Shown here in pieces: positions 1 to 15,000 of a DNA stretch of 64,000 nt. Source of the DNA: the human T2T-CHM13v2.0 reference genome, Homo sapiens; NCBI GenBank assembly GCA_009914755.4, contig CP086569.2:8000001-8064000 (forward strand), given 5' to 3'. The notes beneath the pieces are model-generated. The model was not told where the DNA came from and searched no databases. It saw only the letters and a list, made by a program, of their open reading frames with translations. Every line of letters begins with the position of its first letter. Position 1 is the stretch's first letter. A program made the position numbers and the translations under genes.

Positions 1-1221
1 TTATATGGCTCTCCTGCTCGGACCTTGCCAACCTGGAGTAACATATTTCTAGGCTAGGCACACAGGTGATGATACTCTTTTGTCAGGGCTATGCTTTATA
101 GAGGACGTTGTGACGAATCTCAGGGTCTATCACCTAGGTGAAGGGACTCTCTCCTTGGGCCCTACTGAAATAAAGCACTGTGGAATAAGCAGAAAACCTA
201 CAACTACATGATGTAACCCTCTTTGCTTGTTGCTGTCCTAAGACAGCCTTGTGACATATTTCAGGACCCAGCATCCGAGTGATGTGGCTCCTCTACTTGG
301 TTTCTGCCCATGTGTTACATTGTGACATATTTCCAGGGAAGCACCTGGTGATATGACTCTGCTCATATGCCTGAGCCTTGCCTACTGGAGACATTGGGAC
401 ATATCTCTGAGCCCATCGCCTAAGTGATGTGATGTTCTTCATCCGCCTGGGACTTCACAATAGGAGGATTTTGACATATTGCTGAGCCCAGCACTCAGGA
501 TAGGTGACTCACCTCTTTTTCCCGATCCATACCCACAAAATAATGTATTTTGATTTATTGCATGGCCCAGCATTCAGATGATGTTACTCTTCTGCCTGGG
601 TTCTGCATAAAGGGAAATTTATGACATATTGTATATTGCTGGACTCAACACCCTTATCATGTGTCTCTCCTGCCTGTTCTGGAGCCACCGAAGGTTTTTT
701 GACACATCTTGGACCTATTATATAGGTGTTTTGCCTCTCATAACTTGGCTGGGTTTTTCCACATGTGGAATGGTGTCATGTTCCTGGGTCTGGCACCCAG
801 TTATTGTGACCCAAATTCCTATACACTGTCAAAAGAAGGAATTGTGACAGAGCACCACATGTGACAAATGTGGCATAGCATCACAAGGCATTGTGATACA
901 GCATCTAAGTGATGTTAACCTTCTGCCCCATTTTATGCCCACAAATGGGATTATGACATGTACCTTGCTTCAGTTCAAAGACATGGTGATCAAATGTATA
1001 TTTGGATTCAGCCAATAGGAGATATTTTACCTCACATTGCTAAGCTTAGGGCAATAGGTAAACTCCTGGATTGTATATTGATTCCAAGTTGACAGAAGTT
1101 TACAACACCAACTTATATTATATAAACTCTTTGATGGTAGAGAGTTTCATAACAGGACCTAATGAAAAGTTGAGATTGGGACTCTCGATTATGCACCCAG
1201 GCAAAATCAAAAGTTTTCACC
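1..1221 (-). repeat. Beta-satellite-like tandem repeat, ~70-78 bp degenerate monomers, reverse orientation relative to the main array
   Basis: Recurring attgtgacatat and ggtgatatgactct motifs, the reverse complements of the atatgtcacaat and agagtcatatcacc motifs that dominate 8.3-53.8 kb. 1070-1221 reverse-complements to the segment seen at ~15400-15700. Confidence 0.7.
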
Positions 1222-2457
1222 TTCCCAAAAACTGGATAGCCATATTACAAAAGCTGAAACTTGATCCCTTCTTTACACCTTTTACAAAAATCAATTCAAG
1301 ATGGATTGAAGATTTAAATCTTAGGCCTAAAAGCATAAAAACCCTAGAAGAAAACCTAGGCAATATCATTCAGGACATAAGCATGAGCAAGGACTTCATG
1401 ACTAAAACAGCAAAAGCAATGGCAACAAAAGCTAAAATAGACAAATGGGATCTAACGAAACTAAAGAGGTTCTACACAGCAAAATAAACTACCATCAGAG
1501 TGAACTGGCAAGCTACAGAACGGAAGAAAATTTTTCCAATCTACCCATCTGACAAAGGGCTAATATCCGGAATCTACAAAGAACTTAAAGAAATTTACAA
1601 GAAAAAATTTAACAACCCCATCCAAAAGTGGGCAAAGGATATAAACAGACATTTTGCAAAAGAAGACATACAAGCAGCCAATGGACACATGAAACAATGC
1701 TCATCATCTCTGGTCATCAGAGAAATGCAAATCAAAACCACAATGAGATACCATCTCACACCAGTTAGAATGATGATCATTAAAAAGTCAGGAAACAACA
1801 GGTGCTGTAGAGGATGTGGACAAATAGTAACGCTTTTACACTGATGGTCGGAGTGTAAACTAGTTCAAACATTGTTGAAGACAGTGTGGAAATTCCTCTA
1901 GGATCTAGAACTAGAAATACCATTTGACCTAGCCATCCCATTACTGAGTATATGCCCAAAGGATTGCAAATCATGCTACTATAAAGACACTTGCATACGT
2001 ATGTTTATCGCAGCAGTATTCACAATAGCAAAGACTTGGAACCAACCCAAATGTCCATCAATGATAGACTGGATTAAGAAAATGAGGCACATATACACCA
2101 TTGAGTACTATGCAGCCATAAAAAGGATGAGTTCATGTCCTCTGTAGCGACATGAATGAAGCTAGAAACCATCATTCTGAGCAAACTATTGCAAGGACAG
2201 AAAACCAAACACCGTATGTTCTCACTTGTAGGTGGAAATTGAACAATCAGAATGCTTGGACACAGGGCGGGGAACATCACCACTGGGGTCTGTCCTTGGG
2301 TGGGGGAATGTGGGAGGGATAGCATTAGGAGAAATACCTAATGTAAATAATGAGTTAATGGGTGCAGCAAACCAACACGGCACTTGTATACATATGTAAC
2401 AAACCTGCACATTGTGCACATGTACCCTAGAACTTAAAGTATAATAATAATAATAAA
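1222..2457 (+). mobile_element. 5'-truncated L1 (L1PA-like): ORF2 C-terminal region, 3'UTR and poly-A, flanked by target-site duplication aaaagttttcac
   Basis: Translated ORFs 1071-1487 and 1500-1844 match L1 ORF2 C-terminus ([21 protein letters not shown]...KIDKWDL...[19 protein letters not shown]). 3' end ggtgcagcaaaccaacacggcacttgtatacatatgtaacaaacctgcacattgtgcacatgtaccctagaacttaaagtataataa. The 12-13 bp direct repeat lies at ~1208-1221 and ~2458-2470. Confidence 0.85.
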
Positions 2458-3062
<605 letters not shown>

Positions 3063-3500
3063 CCACTTCATGTAGGTTTTATAAAGCCCATGGATATTGT
3101 AGAGAGTGTCATATACTGACCCAGCTCACATGTGAGACTGTGAATCTAATATACACACAGCTAAAAATTAGAAGTATCGACCTGAAAAATGTTGAGATTG
3201 TGTCATGTCACTGGGCCTACTATCCAGATGTTGTGAGATTGTGGCTCTATTTTCTTTCCATGGGTGCATTGTTATGTATTGCTGGGTCAGAATAAAAATA
3301 ATGTGACTTTTCTGCCTGGGCCATGTCAACAGGAGATATTATCACGTATCTCTGGGCCTATCCGCTAGGTGATATGTCTCCCCAGCCTGTGCCCTGCCCC
3401 CAAGTACATTTTGAAATATGGCTGAAACTAGCATCTAGGTAATGAAATTCTCCTCCCCTGCCTGGATACTGCTTACCAAAGGAATTGTGACATACAGCTG
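3063..3500 (-). repeat. Beta-satellite-like tandem repeat (reverse orientation)
   Basis: Monomers containing aattgtgacatacagctg and cacctaggtggtatgtctc. Reverse complement matches plus-array monomers. Confidence 0.6.
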
Positions 3501-3867
3501 AATGCAAAACCTAGGTGGTATGTCTCTTTTCTCCATTCAAGGGTTTATTTCTGTGCTGCATTCTGTTTCATTACTTTAGTGTTCTAGTTTTATATCAGTA
3601 CCAAAGTGCTTTGGTTACTGTAGGTTTTTGTGTGTGTATGAAAATTGTTAAGTGTGAGGCTTCCAATATTTTTCTTATTTTTCAAGATTGTCAGACTATT
3701 CATGGTCCCTTGAGATCTTACAGGTTTTTTTTTCTATTTTTGAAAAATATGATTAAAAATAACAAGGGGTATGTTGAGCATTGGGTCACTTTAAGCAGCA
3801 TGGACATCTTCGCAATATTATGTCTTCCAACCCCTGAAAAAAAAAGCCTGCTCAAAAGTGTGTTGTT
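3500..3867 (-). mobile_element. Old L1 fragment (distal ORF2, reverse complement), cut by the Alu at 3868
   Basis: cagtaccaaagtgctttggttactgtagg and gcattgggtcactttaagcagcatggacatcttcgcaatattatgtcttccaacccctgaa correspond to the L1 minus-strand blocks ccagtaccatactgttttgattactatagc and gcattgaatctgtagattgctttgggtagtatggacattttaacaatattaattcttccaatccatgaa. Confidence 0.6.
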
Positions 3868-4115
3868 GGCTGAGCATGGTGTCTCGTGCCTGTAATCCCA
3901 GCACTTTGGGAGTCCGAGGAGGGTGCATGGAGAAATCAGGAGATCGAGACAATTCTGGGCAAAATGTTAAAACCTCATCTCTACTAAAATACAAAAAATT
4001 AGCTGGGCGTGGTGGTGTCTGCCTGTACTTACAGCTACGTGGAAGGCTGAAGCAGAAGAATCCTTTGTCCCCGGAAACTGGAGGTTGGTGACAGAGCGAT
4101 ACTCCATCAAAAAAG
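3868..4115 (+). mobile_element. Alu, plus orientation, with internal deletions
   Basis: ggctgagcatggtgtctcgtgcctgtaatcccagcactttgggagtccgagg ... ggaggttggtgacagagcgatactccatcaaaaaag. Confidence 0.85.
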
Positions 4116-4281
4116 AAATTTTAAAAAATCTGTGTTTTTAAATATTATATTGTTTGAATTCTTCAGCTTTTCTTCTTTTGCTGATTTCTAGTTTCATTCC
4201 ATTCGGGATGTAAATAATTGTAAAATTTCAATAAAAAAATTGTTACTGCTTCTTTTGTAGTGTCACAAGTGGTTCGTGTAG

Positions 4282-4603
<322 letters not shown>

Positions 4604-5850
4604 AGAAAATGTTTTATGAGCTTTTGAAATGAATGTATATGCTGTTGTCTGTATACAGTTGTTAAATGTAATTATTGTATAGTGCATTCAATTATTTTGT
4701 TTCCTTATTGATATTCTGTCTTGTTTATTTTTTTGAAAGTGTGATGTTGATGTATGCATCCATTATTATATTGCTGTCTATTTTTGCATCAATTCTGTCA
4801 ATGTTTGCTTCATGTGTTTGGGAAAACTGTCATATATTTATAGGTTCTCCGTGAATGAACCCTCTTCTATAATTGAATGTCCTACTTTGTCTCTTGCAAA
4901 ATTTCACTAAAACTAAATTTTATTAAATATGACAGTTGCCAACTTAATAATTGTTGTCTCTTCTCCTCTCATTTGGTTAACACTTGCATGGAATGTATTT
5001 TTCACCCTGGCATTTCCAGTTTATTTTTTTATTTGCTTTGAAGTGAGTCTCTTGAAGCCATGACATAGTTAGATCTTGATACAGAACATGATGTAGTTAG
5101 ACTAATTTTTTTATTTTGAGTGATACTTTTGCTGGATATAGTATTCTTGCTTAGACTTTTTTCCTATGTTTTGACTATGTCATTCTCCTCTCTTCTCGCC
5201 TGAAAGATTTATGTTCATAAATTTACTGGTAATCTTACAGAAGCCTGCATATAAATAACATATCTATTTTTGCTCCTGGCATTACAGCTTCTCTTCGTGT
5301 TTGTGACATTCAAAACATTCCTTATGTTTTGTCTTGTTAGAAATCTCTTTTTGTTAAACTCAGTTAAAATTTTCTGAGATTCTTGATTTTCTTATTTTTT
5401 TTACTAATGTTGAAGTGCATATTAGTTTTTTTGGTTCTCATACTCCAAAATTTGTATTTCTTTTTGTGCATTTTTTTGTTGGTTTCATTTTTGTTCTTTC
5501 ATTTTGCCTGCTTTATTTCCATTTGCTCACTGAGCATCATTAAGATGGTAATTTTGATAGTTTAGGATAATTTATTCTTTTCTTTTAACAATAGATCTAG
5601 AATTTAAATCTGATTGTTTCAGGTAATTCTTCCATCTTCATTTTTTAATAACTGAATCCTGAATATTTATTTTTGTTTTTGATTGAGTCATATTATCTTG
5701 ATGTTTGCTGTATGTTCTAATCTTAGGTTGCAATTTATTTAATAAAAAGGCATATGTCAAAATCTTGAAAAATAAGTTACACATTTTTTTAGGCTAGAGA
5801 TTCTTGGAGTCTCTCAAGCCTGTTCTATGAATATTTTCCCTTAACTTGTG
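4604..5850 (-). mobile_element. Probable continuation of the old L1 (more 5' ORF2/ORF1 region, reverse complement), AT-rich
   Basis: AT-rich sequence typical of L1 antisense (e.g. gagtgatacttttgctggatatagtattcttg resembles the L1 antisense block gctggatatgaaattctgggttgaaaattcttt). Family assignment not verified. Confidence 0.4.
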
Positions 5851-5879
5851 TGATTTTTTGTTTAAAAAGTTCCCCCATG

Positions 5880-5912
5880 TTTTTTTCTTGCTCTTTTTCT
5901 TTTCTCTCTTTT

Positions 5913-5959
<47 letters not shown>

Positions 5960-6006
5960 CTCTCTCCTCCTCTTTCTTTCCTTCTTTCTTTCTTTTCCTC
6001 TTTCCT

Positions 6007-6073
<67 letters not shown>

Positions 6074-6077
6074 CTCT
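5880..6077. repeat. (TTTC)n/(CTTT)n microsatellite, the expanded A-tail of the adjacent minus-strand Alu
   Basis: About 200 bp of tttc/ctttc repeats. This explains the K/E/R-rich and F/L/S-rich ORFs at 5794-6187. Confidence 0.95.
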
Positions 6078-6350
6078 TTGTTTCTGTCTTACTCTTGTTG
6101 TCCAACCTAGAGTGCAATGGTGCAATCTTAGCTTACAGCAAACTCCACTTCCAGGCTTTAAGCAATTATCCGGCCTCAGCCTCCTGAGTAGCTGGGATTA
6201 CAGGTGACTGCCATCACACCCAGCCAATTTGTGTATTTTTATTAGAGATGGGATTTCACCATGTTGACCTGGCTGGTCTTGAATTTCTGACCTCATGTGA
6301 TTCACTGGCTTCAGCCTCCCAAAGTGCTGGGATTACAGGCATGAGCCACG
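6078..6350 (-). mobile_element. Alu, minus orientation
   Basis: ttgtccaacctagagtgcaatggtgcaatcttagc...cctcagcctcctgagtagctgggattacaggt...cccaaagtgctgggattacaggcatgagccacg. Confidence 0.9.
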
Positions 6351-6847
6351 ACTTTTTCCATGTTTCTAATTAAGGTCCTGTAGTCAGTTGCTATTTCCAT
6401 TGTCTGTCAATGATACTGATGTCTCTCTTCTCTTGTAACAGTCATTTACATTTGATTTCAGTTGTCCAAAAGTGTCAAAGTGCACCACCTTTCTTTTCAA
6501 CACTCTCATGGAATATAGAAATTAGTCTTTTGTAAGGTCACAAAAATCCAGAAGCATGGACATAGGTGTCACTATTTTACTTATTTTTGGAGGAGTAAGG
6601 AAGGAGTTGGGAGTCTATATTTATAGTCATAATAAAATGAAGAATGGCAAATGCTTAACTGATTATTAGACTTCTCACAAAGACATTTTTGTCCATATAT
6701 TTCTGTTGAGTTTATATGTTTATAAAGGAATTAGTACCTGTGGTATTTTATTGTCACCTTGTTAATGTGTTTTGTATAATTATGCATTTGTAAAGTGTAT
6801 TCACCTGCACTTAATGAGGGAGGAATTCTGTTGTTCTTTTTTTTTCT

Positions 6848-8090
<1,243 letters not shown>

Positions 8091-8289
8091 TAAGGCCCAA
8101 ACCAGAGAACGGGCCAGCAGTTTTGCTGCACCTAAGCAGCTTCTGCACTTTTCCAAGCACGTCTCATTCTGTTCATGCTTCCAATTATTTCACCAGCAGC
8201 TTCTCATTTGTCCCAGTTATTTTTGACCCCCCACAAACTATGATTTTGAAACTCCTCTGAAGACTGCATGAGCCAAGCACTAAGGTTCA

Positions 8290-9121
8290 CAGTGCTCTAG
8301 CCTACTCAGTTTCACCTGAGGACAGAAACAAGGCAGGAGAGTCTTGTCACCTGGATTCTGTTCTCAGGATATGTTATAATCTTCTTTGGAGGCAGCGCAG
8401 AGTCAGAAGAGTAACATCATTTGTGTACAGCCTCAAGTAATATGACACTATGTCCACTATAGACAGATTTGAAGAAAAACAGGAGAGTCACACCACCTAG
8501 GTGATAGGCCTAGCAATATGAAATTATCCTCTTTCTTGGCTGACTCCAGAATAAAGAAGAGAGTTGCATTACCTAGGTTTTGCACTCAGTGGTATGTCAC
8601 AATTCCTTTATCTGGCAGGACCTAGGCCAGAGAGGAGTCACATTTCCTAGATGCTACTTCCAGAGATGTCACACAGGCAAAATAGACAAATCTCCTAGCT
8701 AATAGGCTCAGAGATATGTGATAATATCTCTTGTTGGCAGGACCTGGGCAGAAGAGTCACATTATTATAATTCTGACCCAACAATATGTAGCAATGCACA
8801 CATGGAAAACAATTTAAGCAAAAGTTTTTATACCTTGGTAGTCTGCCCAGTGATGTGACATAATCTCTTCATCTTTGAGGGTCACAATTTTTACTGTGAG
8901 CTTGTTACTTGTATCAGTTAATATTTCACGTGTGTGCTGGACCATTGCATGAAACCCTCTACAGCATCAGAGGGCTTTATACATCATGCAAGAGAGTTGC
9001 AAACTACTCTGTGACTCACATGCTCATATGTACTCATAATGTTATATATTGCCTTAAATCGAGATACGATAGAGGTATGATAGTGTATTTCTCTCATTTA
9101 GGCTGAGTTCAGGAATGAGAC
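8290..9121 (+). repeat. Beta-satellite-like tandem array, plus orientation: start of the main array
   Basis: First recognisable monomers caaggcaggagagtcttgtcacctggattctg...gagtcacaccacctaggtgataggcctagcaatatg. Homologous to the ~17260-17480 segment. Confidence 0.7.
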
Positions 9122-9418
9122 TTTTTTTTTTTTTTTGAGACAGAGTCTCACTCTGTCACTCAGGCTGGAGTACATTGGCACAGGGCACAATCTCGGCTCG
9201 CTACAACCTCCACTTCCCAGGTTGAAGTGATTCCCCTGCCTCAGCCTCGCAAGATATGGAATTACAGGTGCCTGCCAGCATTCTCTGCTAATTTTTTTGT
9301 ATTTTTAGTAGAGACAGAGTTTCACTGTATTAGCCAGAATAGTCTCAGTTTTGGCCTCATGATCTGCCTTCCTCAACCTCCCAAGCCTGGGATTACATGA
9401 GTGAGCCACCCTATGCCT
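9122..9418 (-). mobile_element. Alu (older, AluJ/S-like), minus orientation, inserted in the satellite
   Basis: Poly-T then gagacagagtctcactctgtcactcaggctggagtacattggcacagggcacaatctcggctcgctacaacc...cccaagcctgggattacatgagtgagccacc. Confidence 0.85.
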
Positions 9419-12050
9419 GTGAACTCAAGATACATGATAATTTTCAAAACTGAATCACGATTGAACCTGTGGCCAGATCCGCATACAAAAGTCAAAATTC
9501 ATTCTTTGTACGCTTTCCCTTGTTAAACCCAGTACTTCAACAGTGAGCTTTGTAAATTTGCAGTGGTGAAAACTTTTACTTTCAACTGGGTGCGTAATTG
9601 AGAGTGACAATTTTAACGTTTTGCAGCGCCTTGTTATGGAACTCTCTGTATCACCCAAGGAGTTTGTAGAAGAGGAATTAGTGTTGTAAATTTCTGTGAG
9701 TCTTCTACAAAAATGCAACCCAGGATTTTACCTATTGCATTAGTTTAGCGATGGGAGGCAAAATATCTTCTACTGGCTGAATCTCAGTATATGTTTGACC
9801 ATTATGCATGTGAACTGAAGCAAGGTATATGTTATAATCCCATTTGCGGGCAAAAGCTTAGAACAAAGAATGAAATATCTTAGGTGATGTGGCAAGCAAC
9901 ATGTCACAGTGCTTTCTCTAGGCAAAACCTAGAAAGGAGGGTCACATTATCTGTTTGCTGTACTGATTGATATGACACAATTCCACATGTGGAAAGACGT
10001 AGCCAAGGGTTGAGAGCCAAACACCTACAGAATGGACTGAAGATATGTCAAAATACTTTCTGTGGCTCAGGCACAGGCAGGACAGTAGCATCATCAGGGT
10101 GCTAGGCCCACCAGTATGAAAAATTCCCTCTTTATTCAGGTCTCTGGCAGAAGACTAACATCATCTGGGTGCAATAGGTCAAAATTTTCCCTTGTGGCAT
10201 AATTCATAAAAAATGAATAGAGTCACATGACCTAAGCTGGGCTCAGCAATATGTCAAAATCCCACCTTTTTAAAGGCATAGGCCATGGACTCATAGAAAT
10301 GTCTTAATGTCTCCAGTAGGCAGGGCTCTGGCAGATGAGGAGAGTCATATCACCTAGGTGTTTCCCAAAGATTCAGTCACAATGTAACATGTGGGCAGAA
10401 ATCAGGCAAAAGATCCACATCACTTGGGTGCTGGGTCCAGAGATATGTCACAAGGCTCTCTTAGGACAGCATGCAGGCAATACAGTTACATCACATAGGG
10501 CCAGGTTCTCTGCTTATGCCACAGTGTTCCATAAGGGTAAGGCCCAAGGAGGGAGCCACTTCACCCAGGTGATAGGCCCAGAGATTTATCACATTGTCCA
10601 CTAAGAAGCATAGCCCTGGCAAGAGGACCTTCGCCTGTGTTCTTGTCCTAAAACTGTGTCACTGTCCATGTTCGCAGGGCAAAAACAGAGAGCCACATAA
10701 CCTGGGTAATAGGCCAAGAGATATATCACAATGCCCTCCACTGGTCATGGCTCTGGGGAAAAATATCTTCACCTCTGTGCCTGGCCTTACATTATGTCAC
10801 TATCCTTCCTTTGTGCAGGGTCCATTCCAGAGAAGAGGGTTGCATCTCCTATGAGGTAGACATAAAAATATGTCACAAAAATTTTGTTGGGCATGGTGCA
10901 GGCAAGAATGTAAGATCACCTGGGTGCTAGATCCAGTGATATACCACAATTCTTACTGAGAGAAGGTCCCAGGCAGGAGAGTCACATCACCTTGAGATTG
11001 GCCTAGGTAGATATCACAATCCCATATATGGGCTGGAATAAGTCTGAAGAGTGAAATTGCAAAGCTGCTTCCAATGATTTATATCACAATCACATGGTCA
11101 GAAAATTTCACACATGAAATTTGCAATACCACAGGTATCTTGTTTTCATGTGTGACACTTGGCCTCATCCATGTGAGATCATGACAGTCTTGACTGCCAG
11201 CTGGGTTTGCATAGAAGAGTCACAATTTCATCTGTGTGCTGAGCCCTGCTTTGACTCTGTCTTTATAGCCTAAAGACTTTGTAAAATATGTGTGGGTGTT
11301 GTAATCTTTTGTGACCTTTGAGCCAGGAGGTGATCCATGACATCAAACATTTTCATAAACCTAGTTATAATAATCAAAATATTCTCTATTGGCTGAATTC
11401 GCATATGAGACTCACTATCATTCTTGTGAGCCACACCTAGATATATGCCACAATATTTTCTGTTGTTATGAAGCAGGCAGAACAGCCACATTACCTCAGT
11501 TCCGCGACAGAAGTATTTCTATATTCTCTTTGTAGGCAGGGTACTGTCAAAAATGTCACATAACTTGAGTGCTAGTTCCAGCTCTGTGGAACTATGTCCC
11601 TTGTGGGCAGTGTCCAGGCAGAGGAGGAGAGTCATATCACCTAAATGATGGACCCAGATATATTTCACAATGCTCCTGTTGATAAGGCCCAGGCAAGAAA
11701 GTCATATCATTTGGAATCAGTTTTTAGAAATGCTACAATTACCAAAAGAAGCAGGTTACAAACAGGTTAGGGGTGTCATGTAACCTAGATGATTGGTCCA
11801 GATGTATGTTACAATCCTTCCTGAGGATATTGTCACATCATCTGGATGCTGGTTTCAGTTACATCAAATCTCCCTGTGTAAGCAGGACTTCAGCAAGAGA
11901 GGAGGTTCATTTCACCTAGGCAATTGGCCTAGATATATGTCACAATGACCCTTTTGTGCAGTAGGAAGGCTGGAGACTGACCTCACATTGTTGTTAAGCC
12001 CAGCAACATATCACAATCTCCCTGTGGTCGGGGCACAGGCAAAAGCAAAA

Positions 12051-12093
<43 letters not shown>

Positions 12094-15000
12094 CCTAGGT
12101 GCTAATCCAAGTGATATGTTACAATGTTTCCTGTTGACACAACCCAACCTGGGTGAAGTGAAGAGCTACATGTCAAAATGCGTTGTAAATGCAGGGCCAA
12201 AGAACTAGAAGGGAGTCACATCACTTATGTGAAGGACCTAAATATAAGACGCAATTCTTTTTGTAGGCAGGTTTCAGGATGATAATTCACATCACCTGGC
12301 TGATGGTCCCAGTGATCCCCAATCCCACTTAAATATTTTGTTACAATAGGGGAGTCACAGCACCACAGGTGTGCTGAATTCTGGTTCAAGTGTTACCAAA
12401 CCACCTGTGCATGTGATCCATGTATGAGAGTAATTATTTCAACCTTCGACTGCTTTATATGTGTGAGATTTAGTACCTTATTCCCAGGCCATGTTCATGT
12501 GTGAGAATGACAAATGTGTCAGCTAGGCGTTCATAAAAGAGTTCCATTCTCACCTTATTGCTGGTGTCTGTTATGACACTCTTTGTATCATGAATGCTTT
12601 TTATAATACAACTGAGTATTATAATCATTTGTGAACTTTATATAAGTGAAAAACACAGGACTTTACTCATGGCGATGAGAGTGACTATGACAGTAAAAAT
12701 ACATCTGCTGGCTGGGTTCAGGTATGAGAGTTATTATGGTGCATGTTTGCTTAAACCAGGTATATGTCACAGGTTCACCTGTGAGCAGGGCCAAGGCAGG
12801 AGAAGCACATCACTTGGGTGCTGAGCCAGTGATAGAGTATAATCTAATTTTGAGGCTGGACCTAGTCAGAAGAGTCACATTACCTGGGTGCAGCTTCAAA
12901 TAGTATGTCACCAAGACCACTATAGAAAGGGAAGAAGAAAGAGAAAAGAGTCACTCAATCTATTTACTGGGCTCTGCAATATGTAATAAAGCCCACTTTT
13001 GGCAGAGTCTAGAATATGAAGGAGAGTCATATAACCTAGATTTTTCAATAATCAGTATGTCACCATTTCCTTAGTTAGCAGGACGCAGATAGGAGATGAG
13101 AGTCACATTACCTAGGTGTTGTCAAACAATATTTAACAATGTTGTCTGAGGGCAGGGAACTGGCATTGGATATAAATTACCTAGCTTACAGGGCCAGAGA
13201 TAAGTGACAATATTCCCCATTGGCAGGGTCCAGGTGGAAGAGTCACATTATTATGACTCTAAGCCAGCGTTATGTCACAATGTACCCATGGGAGGGAATT
13301 TAAGCTAAAAATTCTCAACACCTGGGTATTAGGCTTAGGAGTATGACAAATCTTCTTATCTTTGGAGGCGACACTATTAACTGTGAACTTGGTGTGTATA
13401 TGAAAGTCACAATTTCACATGTTTTCTGGGCCATTGTATGACACTCTACAACATTTGAAGGCTTTATACAGCATTCATGAGAGTTGCAAACCACTGAAAC
13501 CTACAAGCTTGTATGCATTCACAATCTTAAATATTGCCTTAATCCTAGGCTTAATAGTCAACATCTCTTCTGTAAGCTGTATTTGGAATAATACTCATTA
13601 TTATGCCTGTGAGCTGGATTCAGAAATGAGTCACAATCCCATCTGTGGCCAGATCCACATATGAATGTCACAATTACAGGTTTGTACTTTACTCATTTAT
13701 TAGACTAGGACCTGAACAGTGTGGTTATGTTATGTGGGATGGGGAGAACATTTGCTTTCATCTGGGAGTGTAATTGAGAGTCCCAATCATAACTTTTTGC
13801 AGCTGCCCATCATGAAACCCTCTGTACAACACTAGGAGGTTATACATTATGAGTTAGTATTGTAAAGTTTTGTGAGCTTGGTACAAATATGCAACTCAGG
13901 ACCTTATCTATTCAATTAAGCCTAGAGATGAAAGGCAGCATATCTTCTATTGTCTGAATTTCACTACAAGTTTGACAATCATACTTTAAACAGAAGTAAG
14001 GCATATGCCATATTCCCATTTGAGGGCAAAAAACTAAGTAGGAGGGCAACATCACTTAGCAGCTGTGTTAAACAACATGTGAAAATACCCACCCTGGGAA
14101 GAGCATAGGAATTAGAGTCACATTAAATGGGTGCTAGACTCAGCAATATGAACCATCCAACATGTGGAAAAACAAAAACAAAAACAACAAACAACAACAA
14201 CAACAAAACAGCCAAGGGATGAGAGCCAAAACACCTACATAATTGGCCCACAATCTGTCAAAATACCTTCTGTTGCTTTGGCACAGGCATGAGAGTCACA
14301 CTATCAGGATGCTGGGCACAGCAATATGTCATAATTCTTTCTGTATGCTGGACCAGGAAAAAGAGTATCATTAACTGGGTGCTGGCCTCTGCCATAGGTC
14401 AAAATTTCTGTTTGTGAGCAAGGTTTGAGGAAAAAAAACAAGAGTCATATAACCTGAGTGTTGGTATCAGTAATATGTCACAATTCCCCCAATGTAAAGA
14501 CCAGGCAGAAGAAGAGAGCCATTTCATGTAGGTCGTGGGCTCAGAGCTATATCTCAGTGTCCCTCCTAGGCATGTACGAAGTAGAAAATGAGTCCCATAT
14601 CACCTAGGTGCTTCCCTAGTTATATCACTTGGGTACAGCCTCAAGTAATGTGTCAGCATGCCAAATGTAGATGGGTTAAAGAAAAAAAGAGAATCACACA
14701 ATCTGGTTTCTGGGCTCAGCAATATTTAATCATTCTCTCTCTTGGCAGAGTTCAAGACGAATAGGAGAGACAGGTCACCTAGGTTTTGCACTCAAATAAT
14801 ATGTTACAATGGACATACGTGAAAATTCCTGTTTCCAGAGCCCAGGCAGAAGACACACATTATCATGATTTTGACCCATAATGCTCTTATGGAGAGGAAT
14901 TTAAACAAAAAAGACTCAACACCGGGATACTAGGCCAAGGGATATGACACAATCTCCTCATCTTTAAGGGTGACATCATTAACGTTAGATAGTTGTGTAT

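Noticed and set aside
5794-6187. Four overlapping ORFs (86-113 aa) with KKERKKERKK or FFLSFFLSFF low-complexity translations
   Set aside because: They are translations of the (TTTC)n/(GAAA)n microsatellite that forms the tail of the Alu at 6078-6350.
12037-12090. (AAAT)n and nearby (CAA)n-like run at 14170-14215
   Set aside because: Ordinary short microsatellites within satellite monomers with no further significance. The (AAAT)n run is noted in the evidence for the 9419-19440 satellite block (no separate feature).
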